This document shows, piece by piece, positions 31,101-45,200 of a DNA stretch of 64,000 nucleotides. Source of the DNA: Eledone cirrhosa (taxonomy: Eukaryota); contig OZ024743.1 of NCBI GenBank assembly GCA_964016885.1, forward strand, positions 210,738,001 to 210,802,000. Reading direction: 5' to 3'. Position 1 is the stretch's first letter. Each line of letters begins with the position of its first letter. The notes under the pieces are model-generated. The model ran no database searches and was not told the origin of the DNA. It was given only the letters and a program-made list of their open reading frames with translations. A program made the translations under genes and the position numbers.

Positions 31101-32180
31101 AAAGCTCTTCACTCCATAAGATATACCACAGTTTACCATCCTATAGCCACACATGAAAGCTCTTCACTCCATAAGATATACCACAATTTACCATCCTATG
31201 GACACAGATGAAAGCTCTTCACTCCATAAGATATACCACAGTTTACCATCCTATAGCCACACATGAAAGTTCTTAACTCCATAAGATATACCACAGTTTA
31301 CCATCCTATATCCACAGATGAAGGCTCTTCACTCCATAAGATATACCACAGTTTACCATCCTATAGCCACAGATGAAAGCTCTTCACCCCATAAGATATA
31401 CCGCAGTTTACCATCCTAGAGCCAGATGAAATCTCTTCACTCCATAAGATATACCACAGTTTACCATCCTAGAGCCACAGATGAAATCTCTTCACTCCAT
31501 AATATATACCACAGTTTACCACCCTATACCCAGATGAAAGCTCTTCACTCCATTAAATATACCACAGCTTACCATCCTATGGCCACACATGAAAGCTCTT
31601 CACCCCATAAGATATACCACAGTTTACCATCCTATGGCCACACATGAAAGCTCTTCACTCCATAAGATATACCACAGTTTACCATCCTATGGCCACACAT
31701 GAAAGCTCTTCACCCCATAAGATATACCACAGTTTACCATCCTATAGCCAGATGAAAGCTCTTCACTCCATAACATATACCACAGTCTACCATCCTATAG
31801 CCACACATGAAAGATCTTTAACCCATAAGATATGCCACAGTTTACCATTCTATAGCCAGATGAAAGCTCTTCACTCCATAAGATATACCACAGTTTACCA
31901 TCCTATAGCCACACATGAAAGCTCTTCACTCCATAAGATATACCACAGTTTACCATCCTATATCCACAGATGAAGGCTCTTCACTCCATAAGATATACCA
32001 CAGTTTACCATCCTATGGCCACACATGAAAGCTCTTCACTCCATAACATATACCACACTTTACCATCCTATAGCCACACATGAAAGCTCTTCACTCCATA
32101 AGATATACCATAGTTTATCATTCTATAGCCACACATGAAAGCTTTTCACTCCATAAGATATACCACAGTTTACCATCCTA
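28590..32180. repeat. Local tandem duplication, period 1848 bp (~34 monomers)
   Basis: ORFs 29578/31426 and 29796/31644 are identical at offset 1848. Shared private variants are GATTAAAGCT (29031/30879) and CACTCTATAAG (~28936/30784). Confidence 0.88.
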
Positions 32181-35100
32181 TAGCCACACATGAAAGCTCT
32201 TCACTCCATAATAGATACCACAGTTTACTATCCTATAGCCACACATGAAAGCTCTTCACTCCATAAGATATACCACAGTTTACCATCCTGTAGCCAGATG
32301 AAAGCTCTTCACTCCATAAGATATACCACAGTTTACCATCCTATAGCCACACATGAAAGCTCTTCACTCCATAAGATATACCTCAGTTAACCATCCTATA
32401 GCCAGATGAAAGCTCTTCACTCCATAAGATATACCACAGTTTACCATCCTATAGCCACAGATGAAAGCTCTTCACCCCATAAGATATACCACAGTTTACC
32501 ATCCTATAGCCAGATGAAAGCTCTTCACTCCATAAGAAATACCACAGTTTACCATCCTATAGCCACACATGAAAGCTCTTTAACCCATAAGATATACCAC
32601 AGTTTACCATCCTATAGCCAGATGAAAGCTCTTCACTCCAGAAGATATACCACAGTGTACCATCCTCTAGCCACAGATGAAAGCTCTTCAATCCATAAGA
32701 TATACCACACTTTACCATCCTATAGCCACACATGAAAGCTCTTCACTCCATAAGATATACCACTGTTTACCATCCTATAGCCACACATGAAAGCTCTTCA
32801 CTCCATAAGATATACCACAGTTCACCACCCAATAGCCAGATGAAAGCTCTTCACTCCATAAGATATACCACAGTTTACCATCATATAGCCATGGATGAAT
32901 GCTCTTCACTCCATAAGATATACCACAGTTTACCATCCTATACCCACAGATGAAAGCTCTCCACCCCATAAGATATACCACAGTTTACCATCCTAGAGCC
33001 AGATGAAAGCTCTTCACTCCATAAGATATACCACAGTTTACCATCCTATAGCCACAGATGAAAGCTCTTCACTCCATAATAGATACCACAATTTACCATC
33101 CTATAGTCACAGATGAAAGCTCTTCACTCCATAAGATATACCACAGTTTACCATCCTATACCCAGATGAAAGCTCTTCACCCCATAAGATATACCACAGT
33201 TTACCATCCTATGGCCACACATGAAAGCTCTTCACCCCATAAGATATACCACATTTTACCATCCTATAGCCAGATGAAAGCTCTTCACTCCATAAGATAT
33301 ACCAGAGTTTACCATCCTATAGACACACATGAAGCTCTTCACCCATAAGATATACCACAGTTTACCATCCTGTAGCCAGATGAAAGCTCTTCACTCCATA
33401 AGATATACCACAGTTTACCATCCTATAGCCACACATGAAAGCTCTTCACTCCATAAGATACACCACAGTTTACCATCCTATAACCACACATGAAATCTCT
33501 TCACTACATAAGATATACCACAGTTTACCATCCTGTAGCCAGATGAAAGCTCTTCACTCCATAAGATATACCACAGTTTACCATCCTATAGCCACACATG
33601 AAAGCTCTTCACTCCATAAGATATACCACAGTTTACCATCCTATAGCCACACATGATACCTCTTCACTACATAAGATATACCACAGTTTACCATCCTATA
33701 GCCAGATGAAAGCTCTTCATTCCATAACATATACCACAGTTTACCATCCTATAGCCACACATGAAAGATCTTTAACCCATAAGATATGCCACAGTTTACC
33801 ATCCTATAGCCAGATGAAAGCTCTTCACTCCATAAGATATACCACAGTTTACCATCCTATAGCCACACATGAAAGCTCTTCACTCCATATGATATACCAC
33901 AGTTTACCATCCTATAGCCAGAGATGAAAGCTCTTCACTCCATAAGATATACCGCAGTTCACCACCCTATAGCCAGATGAAAGCTCTTCACCCCATAAGA
34001 TATACAACAGTTTACCATCCTATAGCCACACATGAAACTCTTCACTCCATAAGATATACCACAGTTTACCATCATATAGCCACAGATGAATGCACATCAC
34101 TCCATAAGATATACCACAGTTTGCCATCCTATAGCCACAGATGAAAGCTCTTCACCCCATAAGATATACCACAGTTTATCATCCTATAGCCACAGATGAA
34201 AACTCTTCACTCCATAAGATATACCACAGTTTACCACCCTATAGCCAGATGAAAGCTCTTCACTCCATAAGATATACGAGTTTACCATCCTTTAGCCACA
34301 GATGAAAGCTCTTCACTCCATCAGATATACCACAGTTTACCATCCTATAGCCACAGTTTAAAGCTCTTCACTCCATAAGATATACCAGTTTACCATCCTA
34401 AAGCCACAGGTGAAATCACTTCACTCCATAAGATATACCACAGTTTACCATCCTATAGCCACACATGAAAGCTCTTCACTGCATAAGATATACAACAGTT
34501 TACCATCATATAGCCATGGATGAATGCTCTTCACTCCATAAGATATACCACAGTTTACCATCCTATAGCCACAGATGAAAGCTCTTCACCCCATAAGATA
34601 TACCACAGTTTACCATCCTAGAGCCAGATGAAAGCTCTTCACTCCATAAGATATACCACAGTTTACCATCCTATAGCCACAGATGAAAGCTCCTCACCCC
34701 ATAAGATATACCACAGTTTACCATCCTAGAGCCAGATGAAAGCTCTTCACTCCATAAGATATACCACAGTTTACCATCCTATAGCCACAGAAGAAAGCTC
34801 TTCACTCCATAAGATATACCACAGTTTACCATCCTATAGCCACACATGAAACCTCTTCACTCCATAAGATATACCACAGTTTAACATCCTATAGCCACAC
34901 ATGAAAGCTCTTCACTCCATAAGATATACCACAGTTTACCATCCTGTAGCCAGATGAAAGCTCTTCACTCCATAAGATATACCACAGTTTACCATCCTAT
35001 AGCCACACATGAAAGCTCTTCACTCCATAAGATATACCACAATTTACCATCCTATGGACACAGATGAAAGCTCTTCACTCCATAAGATATACCACAGTTT

Positions 35101-38100
35101 ACCATCCTATAGCCACACATGAAAGTTCTTAACTCCATAAGATATACCACAGTTTACCATCCTATATCCACAGATGAAGGCTCTTCACTCGATAAGATAT
35201 ACCACAGTTTACCATCCTATAGCCACAGATGAAAGCTCTTCACCCCATAAGATATACCACAGTTTACCATCCTAGAGCCAGATGAAAGCTCTTCACTCCA
35301 TAAGATATACCACAGTTTACCATCCTATAGCCACAGATGAAATCTCTTCACTCCATAATATATACCACAGTTTACCACCCTATACCCAGATGAAAGCTCT
35401 TCACTCCATTAAATATACCACAGCTTACCATCCTATGGCCACACATGAAAGCTCTTCACCCCATAAGATATACCACAGTTTACCATCCTATGGCCACACA
35501 TGAAAGCTCTTCACTCCATAAGATATACCACAGTTTACCATCCTATGGCCACACATGAAAGCTCTTCACCCCATAAGATATACCACAGTTTACCATCCTA
35601 TAGCCAGATGAAAGCTCTTCACTCCATAACATATACCACAGTCTACCATCCTATAGCCACACATGAAAGATCTTTAACCCATAAGATATGCCACAGTTTA
35701 CCATCCTATAGCCAGATGAAAGCTCTTCACTCCATAAGATATACCACAGTTTACCATCCTATAGCCACACATGAAAGCTCTTCACTCCATAAGATATACC
35801 ACAGTTTACCATCCTATATCCACAGATGAAGGCTCTTCACTCCATAAGATATACCACAGTTTACCATCCTATAGCCACACATGAAAGCTCTTCACTCCAT
35901 AAGATATACCATAGTTTATCATTCTATAGCCACACATGAAAGCTTTTCACTCCATAAGATATACCACAGTTTACCATCCTATAGCCACACATGAAAGCTC
36001 TTCACTCCATAATAGATACCACAGTTTACTATCCTATAGCCACACATGAAAGCTCTTCACTCCATAAGATATACCACAGTTTACCATCCTGTAGCCAGAT
36101 GAAAGCTCTTCACTCCATAAGATATACCACAGTTTACCATCCTATAGCCACACATGAAAGCTCTTCACTCCATAAGATATACCTCAGTTAACCATCCTAT
36201 AGCCAGATGAAAGCTCTTCACTCCATAAGATATACCACAGTTTACCATCCTATAGCCACAGATGAAACCTCTTCACCCCATAAGATATACCACAGTTTAC
36301 CATCCTATAGCCAGATGAAAGCTCTTCACTCCATAAGATATACCACAGTTTACCATCCTATAGCCACACAGGAAAGCTCTTTAACCCATAAGATATACCA
36401 CAGTTTACCATCCTATAGCCAGATGAAAGCTCTTCACTCCAGAAGATATACCACAGTGTACCATCCTCTAGCCACAGATGAAAGCTCTTCAATCCATAAG
36501 ATATACCACAGTTTACCATCCTATAGCCACACATGAAAGCTCTTCACTCCATAAGATATACCACTGTTTACCATCCTATAGCCACACATGAAAGCTCTTC
36601 ACTCCATAAGATATACCACAGTTCACCACCCTATAGCCAGATGAAAGCTCTTCACTCCATAAGATATACCACAGTTTACCATCATATAGCCATGGATGAA
36701 TGCTCTTCACTCCATAAGATATACCACAGTTTACCATCCTATACCCACAGATGAAAGCTCTCCACCCCATAAGATATACCACAGTTTACCATCCTAGAGC
36801 CAGATGAAAGCTCTTCACTCCAAAAGATATACCACAGTTTACCATCCTATAGCCACAGATGAAAGCTCTTCACTCCATAATAGATATCACAATTTACCAT
36901 CCTATAGTCACAGATGAAAGCTCTTCACTCCATAAGATATACCACAGTTTACCATCCTATACCCAGATGAAAGCTCTTCACCCCATAAGATATACCACAG
37001 TTTACCATCCTATGGCCACACATGAAAGCTCTTCACCCCATAAGATATACAACACTTTACCATCCTATAGCCAGATGAAAGCTCTTCACTCCATAAGATA
37101 TACCAGAGTTTACCATCCTATAGACACACATGAAGCTCTTCACCCATAAGATATACCACAGTTTACCATCCTGTAGCCAGATGAAAGCTCTTCACTCCAT
37201 AAGATATACCACAGTTTACCATCCTATAGCCACACATGAAAGCTCTTCACTCCATAAGATACACCACAGTTTACCATCCTATAACCACACATGAAATCTC
37301 TTCACTACATAAGATATACCACAGTTTACCATCCTGTAGCCAGATGAAAGCTCTTCACTCCATAAGATATACCACAGTTTACCATCCTATAGCCACACAT
37401 GAAAGCTCTTCACTCCATAAGATATACCACAGTTTACCATCCTATAGCCACACATGATACCTCTTCACTACATAAGATATACCACAGTTTACCATCCTAT
37501 AGCCAGATGAAAGCTCTTCATTCCATAACATATACCACAGTTTACCATCCTATAGCCACAGATGAAAGCTCTTCACTCCATATGATATACCACAGTTTAC
37601 CATCCTATACCCACACATGAAAGATCTTTAACCCATAAGATATGCCACAGTTTACCATCCTATAGCCAGATGAAAGCTCTTCACTCCATAAGATATACCA
37701 CAGTTTACCATCCTATAGCCACACATGAAAGCTCTTCACTCCATATGATATACCACAGTTTACCATCCTATACCCACAGATGAAGGCTCTTCACTCCATA
37801 AGATATACCACAGTTTACCATCCTATGGCCACACATGAAAGCTCTTCACTCCATAAGATATACCACAGTTTACCATCCTATAGCCACACATGAAAGCTCT
37901 TCACTCCATAAGATATACCATAGTTTATCATTCTATAGCCACACATGAAAGCTCTTCACTCCATAACAGATACCACAGTTTACTATCCTATAGCCACACA
38001 TGAAAGCTCTTCACTCCATAAGATATACCACAGTTTACCATCCTGTAGCCAGATGAAAGCTCTTCACTCCATAAGATATACCACAGTTTACTATCCTATA

Positions 38101-41100
38101 GCCACACATGAAAGCTCTTCACTCCATAAGATATACCACAGTTTACCATCCTGTAGCCAGATGAAAGCTCTTCACTCCATAAGATATACCACAGTTTACC
38201 ATCCTATAGCCACAGATGAAAGCTCTTCACCCCATAAGATATACCACAGTTTACCATCCTATAGCCAGATGAAAGCTCTTCACTCCATAAGATATACCAC
38301 AGTTTACCATCCTATAGCCACACATGAAAGCTCTTTAACCCATAAGATATTCCACAGTTTACCATTCTATAGCCAGATGAAAGCTCTTCACTCCAGAAGA
38401 TATACCACAGTGTACCATCCTCTAGCCACAGATGAAAGCTCTTCAATCCATAAGATATACCACAGTTTACCATCCTATAGCCAGATGAAAGCTCTTCACC
38501 CCATAAGATATACCACAGTTTAACATCGTATAGCCACACATGAAAGCTCTTCACTCCATAGGATATACCACATTTTACCATCCTATAGCCACACATGAAA
38601 GCTCTTCACTCCATAAGATATACCACAGTTTACAATCCTATAGCCACACATGAAAGCTCTTCACTCCATAAGATATACCATAGTTTACCATCCTATAGCC
38701 ACACATGAAAGCTCTTCACTCCATAAGATATACCACAGTTTACCATCCTATAGCCACACATAAAAGCTCTTCACTCCATAAGATATACCACAGTTTACCA
38801 TCCTATAGCCACAGATGCAAGCTCTTTACTCCATAAGATATACCACAGTTTACCATCCTATGGCCACACATGAAAGCTCTTCACCCATAAGATATACCAC
38901 AGTTTATCATCCTTTCGCAAGATGAAAGCTCTTCACTCCATAAGATATACCACAGTTTACCATCCTATAGCCACACATGAAAGCTCTTCACTACATAAGA
39001 TATACCACAGTTTACCATCCTGTAGCCAGATGAAAGCAATTCACTCCATAAGATATACCACAGTTTACCATCCTATAGCCACAGATGAAAGCTCTTCACT
39101 CCATCAAATATACCACAGTTTACCATCCTATAGCCACAGATGAAAGCTCTTCACTCCATAAGATATACCACAGTTCACCATCCTATAGCCAGATGAAAGC
39201 TCTTCACTCCATAAGATATACCACAGTTTACCATCCTATGGCCACACATGAAAGCTCTTCACCCATAAGATATACCACAGTTTATCATCCTTTCGCAAGA
39301 TGAAAGCTCTTCACTCCATAAGATATACCACAGTTTACCATCCTATAGCCACACATGAAACCACTTCACTCCATAAGATATACCACAGTTTACCATCCTA
39401 TAGCCAGATGAAAGTTCTTCACTCCATAAGATATACCACAGTTTACCATCATATAGCCATGGATGAATGCTCTTCACTCCATAAGATATACCACAGTTTA
39501 CCATCCTATACCCACAGATGAAAGCTCTTCACCCCATAAGATATACCACAGTTTACCATCCTAGAGCCAGATGAAAGCTCTTCACTCCATAAGATATACC
39601 AGTTTACCATCATATAGCCACATATGAAAGCTCTTCACTCCATAATAGATATCACAATTTACCATCCTATAGTCACAGATGAAAGCTCTTCACTCCATAA
39701 GATATACCACAGTTTACCATCCTATACCCAGATGAAAGCTCTTCACCCCATAAGATATACCACAGTTTACCATCCTATGGCCACACATGAAAGCTCTTCA
39801 CCCCATAAGATATACAACACTTTACCATCCTATAGCCAGATGAAAGCTCTTCACTCCATAAGATATACCAGAGTTTACCATCCTATAGACACACATGAAG
39901 CTCTTCACCCATAAGATATACCACAGTTTACCATCCTGTAGCCAGATGAAAGCTCTTCACTCCATAAGATATACCACAGTTTACCATCCTATAGCCACAC
40001 ATGAAAGCTCTTCACTCCATAAGATACACCACAGTTTACCATCCTATAACCACACATGAAATCTCTTCACTACATAAGATATACCACAGTTTACCATCCT
40101 GTAGCCAGATGAAAGCTCTTCACTCCATAAGATATACCACAGTTTACCATCCTATAGCCACACATGAAAGCTCTTCACTCCATAAGATATACCACAGTTT
40201 ACCATCCTATAGCCACACATGATACCTCTTCACTACATAAGATATACCACAGTTTACCATCCTATAGCCAGATGAAAGCTCTTCATTCCATAACATATAC
40301 CACAGTTTACCATCCTATAGCCACACATGAAAGATCTTTAACCCATAAGATATGCCACAGTTTACCATCCTATAGCCAGATGAAAGCTCTTCACTCCATA
40401 AGATATACCACAGTTTACCATCCTATAGCCACACATGAAAGCTCTTCACTCCATATGATATACCACAGTTTACCATCCTATACCCACAGATGAAGGCTCT
40501 TCACTCCATAAGATATACCACAGTTTACCATCCTATGGCCACACATGAAAGCTCTTCACTCCATAAGATATACCACAGTTTACCATCCTATAGCCACACA
40601 TGAAAGCTCTTCACCCATAAGATATACCACAGTTTACCATCCTGTAGCCATATGAAAGCTCTTCACTCCATAAGATATACCACAGTTTACTATCCTATAG
40701 CCACACATGAAAGCTCTTCACTCCATAAGATATACCACAGTTTACCATCCTGTAGCCAGATGAAAGCTCTTCACTCCATAAGATATACCACAGTTTACCA
40801 TCCTATAGCCACAGATGAAAGCTCTTCACCCCATAAGATATACCACAGTTTACCATCCTATAGCCAGATGAAAGCTCTTCACTCCATAAGATATACCACA
40901 GTTTACCATCCTATAGCCACACATGAAAGCTCTTTAACCCATAAGATATACCACAGTTTACCATCCTATAGCCAGATGAAAGCTCTTCACTCCAGAAGAT
41001 ATACCACAGTGTACCATCCTCTAGCCACAGATGAAAGCTCTTCAATCCATAAGATATACCACAGTTTACCATCCTATAGCCAGATGAAAGCTCTTCACCC

Positions 41101-42250
41101 CATAAGATATACCACAGTTTAACATCGTATAGCCACACATGAAAGCTCTTCACTCCATAGGATATACCACATTTTACCATCCTATAGCCACACATGAAAG
41201 CTCTTCACTCCATAAGATATACCACAGTTTACAATCCTATAGCCACACATAAAAGCTCTTCACTCCATAAGATATACCATAGTTTACCATCCTATAGCCA
41301 CACATGAAAGCTCTTCACTCCATAAGATATACCACAGTTTACCATCCTATAGCCACACATAAAAGCTCTTCACTCCATAAGATATACCACAGTTTACCAT
41401 CCTATAGCCACAGATGCAAGCTCTTTACTCCATAAGATATACCACAGTTTACCATCCTATGGCCACACATGAAAGCTCTTCACCCATAAGATATACCACA
41501 GTTTATCATCCTTTCGCAAGATGAAAGCTCTTCACTCCATAAGATATACCACAGTTTACCATCCTATAGCCACACATGAAAGCTCTTCACTACATAAGAT
41601 ATACCACAGTTTACCATCCTGTAGCCAGATGAAAGCAATTCACTCCATAAGATATACCACAGTTTACCATCCTATAGCCACAGATGAAAGCTCTTCACTC
41701 CATCAAATATACCACAGTTTACCATCCTATAGCCACAGATGAAAGCTCTTCACTCCATAAGATATACCAGATTACCATCCTAAAGCCACAGATGAAACCA
41801 CTTCACTCCATAAGATATACCACAGTTCACCATCCTATAGCCAGATGAAAGCTCTTCACTCCATAAGATATACCACAGTTTACCATCCTATGGCCACACA
41901 TGAAAGCTCTTCACCCATAAGATATACCACAGTTTATCATCCTTTCGCAAGATGAAAGCTCTTCACTCCATAAGATATACCACAGTTTACCATCCTATAG
42001 CCACACATGAAACCACTTCACTCCATAAGATATACCACAGTTTACCATCCTATAGCCAGATGAAAGTTCTTCACTCCATAAGATATACCACAGTTTACCA
42101 TCATATAGCCATGGATGAATGCTCTTCACTCCATAAGATATACCACAGTTTACCATCCTATACCCACAGATGAAAGCTCTTCACCCCATAAGATATACCA
42201 CAGTTTACCATCCTAGAGCCAGATGAAAGCTCTTCACTCCATAAGATATA
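31100..42250. repeat. HOR block B' (copy 2 of B) plus an extra ~2.6 kb unit
   Basis: About 25 ORF pairs at offsets 26506, 26454 or 26401 versus block B. The additional unit is shown by offsets 2599 (38312/40911, 38922/41521) and 2652 (39300/41952). Confidence 0.9.
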
Positions 42251-45200
42251 CCACAGTTTACCATCCTATAGCCACAGATGAAAGCTCTACACTCCATAAC
42301 ATATACCACAGTTAACCATCCTATAGCCACACATGAAAGCTCTTCACTCCATAAGATATACCACAGTTTACCATCATATGGCCACACATGAAAGCTCTTC
42401 ACTCCATATGATATACCACAGTTTACCATCCTATAGCCACAGATGAACGCTCTTCACCCCATAAGATATACCACAGTTTACCATCCTATGGCTACACATG
42501 AAAGCTCTTCACTCCATAAGATATACCACAGTTTACCATCCTATAGCCAGATGAAAGCTCTTCACCCCATAAGATATACCACAGTTTACCATCCTATGGC
42601 CACACATGAAGCTCTTCACCCATAAGATATACCACATTTTACCATCCTGTAGCCAGATGAAAGCTCTTCACTCCATAAGATATACCACAGTTTACCATCC
42701 TATAGCCACACATGAAATCTCTTCACTACATAAGATATACCACAGTTTACCATCCTGTAGCCAGATGAAAGCTCTTCACTGCATGAGTTATACCACAGTT
42801 TACCATCCTATAGCCAGATGAAAGCTCTTCACTCCATAAGATATACCACAGTCTACAATCTTATAGCCACACATGAAGGCTCTTTAACCCATAAGATATA
42901 CCACAGTTTACCTCCCTATAGCCAGATGAAAGCTCTTCACTCCATAAGATATACGAGTTTACCATCCTATAGCCACAGATGAAAGCTCTTCACTCCATCA
43001 GATATACCACAGTTTACCATCCTATAGCCACAGATGAAAGCTCTTCACTCCATAAGATATACCAGTTTACCATCCTAAAGCCACAGATGAAAGCACTTCA
43101 CTCCATAAGATATACCACAGTTCACCACCCTATAGCCAGATGAAAGCTCTTCACTCCATAAGATATACCACAGTTTACCATCCTATAGCCACACATGAAA
43201 GCTCTTCACTCCATAAGATATACCACAGTTTACCATCATATAGCCATCGATGAATGCTCTTCACTCCATAAGATATACCACAGTTTACCATCCTATAGCC
43301 ACAGATGAAAGCTCTTCACCCCATAAGATATACCACAGTTTACCATCCTATAGCCACACATGAGAGCTCTTCACTCCAAAAGATATACCACAGTTTACCA
43401 TCCTATGGCCACACATGAAAGCCCTTCACCCCATAAGATATACCACAGTTTACCATCCTATGGCTACACATGAAAGCTCTTCACTCCATAAGATATACCT
43501 CAGTTTACCAACCTATAGCCACTGATGAAACTCTTCACTCCATAAGATATACCACACTTTACCATCCTATAGCCAGATGAAAGCTCTTCAATCCATAAGA
43601 TATAGCAGAGTTTACCATCCTATAGCCACAGATGAAAGCTCTTCACTCCATAAGATATACCACAGTTTACCATCCTATGGCCACACATGAAAGCTCTTCA
43701 CCCATAAGATATACCACAGTTTACCATCCTAGAGCCAGATGAAAGCTCTTCACTCCATAAGATATACCACAGTTTACCATCCTATGGCCACACATGAAAG
43801 CTCTTCACTCCATAAGATATACCACAGTTTACCATCCTATAGCCACACATGAAATCTCTTCACTACATAAGATATACCACAGTTTACCATCCTGTAGCCA
43901 GATGAAAGCTCTTCACTCCATAAGATATACTAGAGTTTACGATCCTATAGCCACACATGAAAGCTCTTCACTCCATAAGTTATACCGCAGTTTACCATCC
44001 TATAGCCAGATGAAAGCTCTTCACTCCATAAGATATACCACAGTCTACTATCCTATTGCCACACATGAAAGCTCTTCACTCCATAAGATATAACACAGTT
44101 TACCATCCTAAAGCCAGATGAAAGCTCTTCACTCCATAAGATATACCACAGTTTACCATCCTATAGCCACAGATGAAAGGTCTTCACTCTATAAGATATA
44201 CCACAGTTTTCCACCCTATAGCCAGATGAAAGCTCTTCACTCCATAAGATATACGAATTTACCATCCTATAGACACAGATGAAAGCTCTTCACACCATAA
44301 GATATACCACAGTTCATCACCCTATAGCCAGATGAAAGCTCTTCACTCCATAAGATATACCACAGTTTCCCATCCTATAGCCACACATGAAAGCTCTTCA
44401 CTCCATAAGATATACCACAGTTTACCATCATATAGCCACGGATGAATGCTCTTCACTGCATAAGATATACCACAGTTTACCATCCTATAGCCAGATGAAA
44501 GCTCTTCACTCCATAAGATATACCACAGTTTACCATCCTATAACCAGATGAAAGCTCTTTACTCCATAAGATATACCACAGTTTACCATCCTATGGCCAC
44601 ACATGAAAGCTCTTCACTCCATAAGATATACCACAGTTTACCATCCTATAGGCACAGATGAAAGCTCTTCACCCCATAAGATATACCACAGTTTACCATC
44701 CTATAGCCACACATGAAAGCTCTTCACTCCATAGGATATACCACAGTTTACCATCCTATAGCCACACATGAAAGCTCTTCACTCCATAAGATGTACCACA
44801 GTTTACCATCCTATAGCCACACATGAAAGCTCTTCACTCCATAAGATATACCATAGTTTACCATCCTATAGCCACACATGAAAGCTCTTCATTCCATAAG
44901 ATATACCACAGTTTACCATCCTATAGCCACACATGAAAGCTCTTCACTCCATAAGATATACCACAGTTTACCATCCTATAGCCACAGATGAAAGCTCTTC
45001 ACACCATAAGATATACCACAGTTTACCATCCTAGAGCCAGATGAAAGCTCTTCACTCCATAAGATATACCACAGTTTACCATCCTATAGCCACAGATGAA
45101 AGCTCTTCACTCCATAAGATACGCCACAGTTTACCATCCTATAGCCACACATGAAAGCTCTTCACTCCATAAGATATACCACAGTTTACCATCCTATAGC

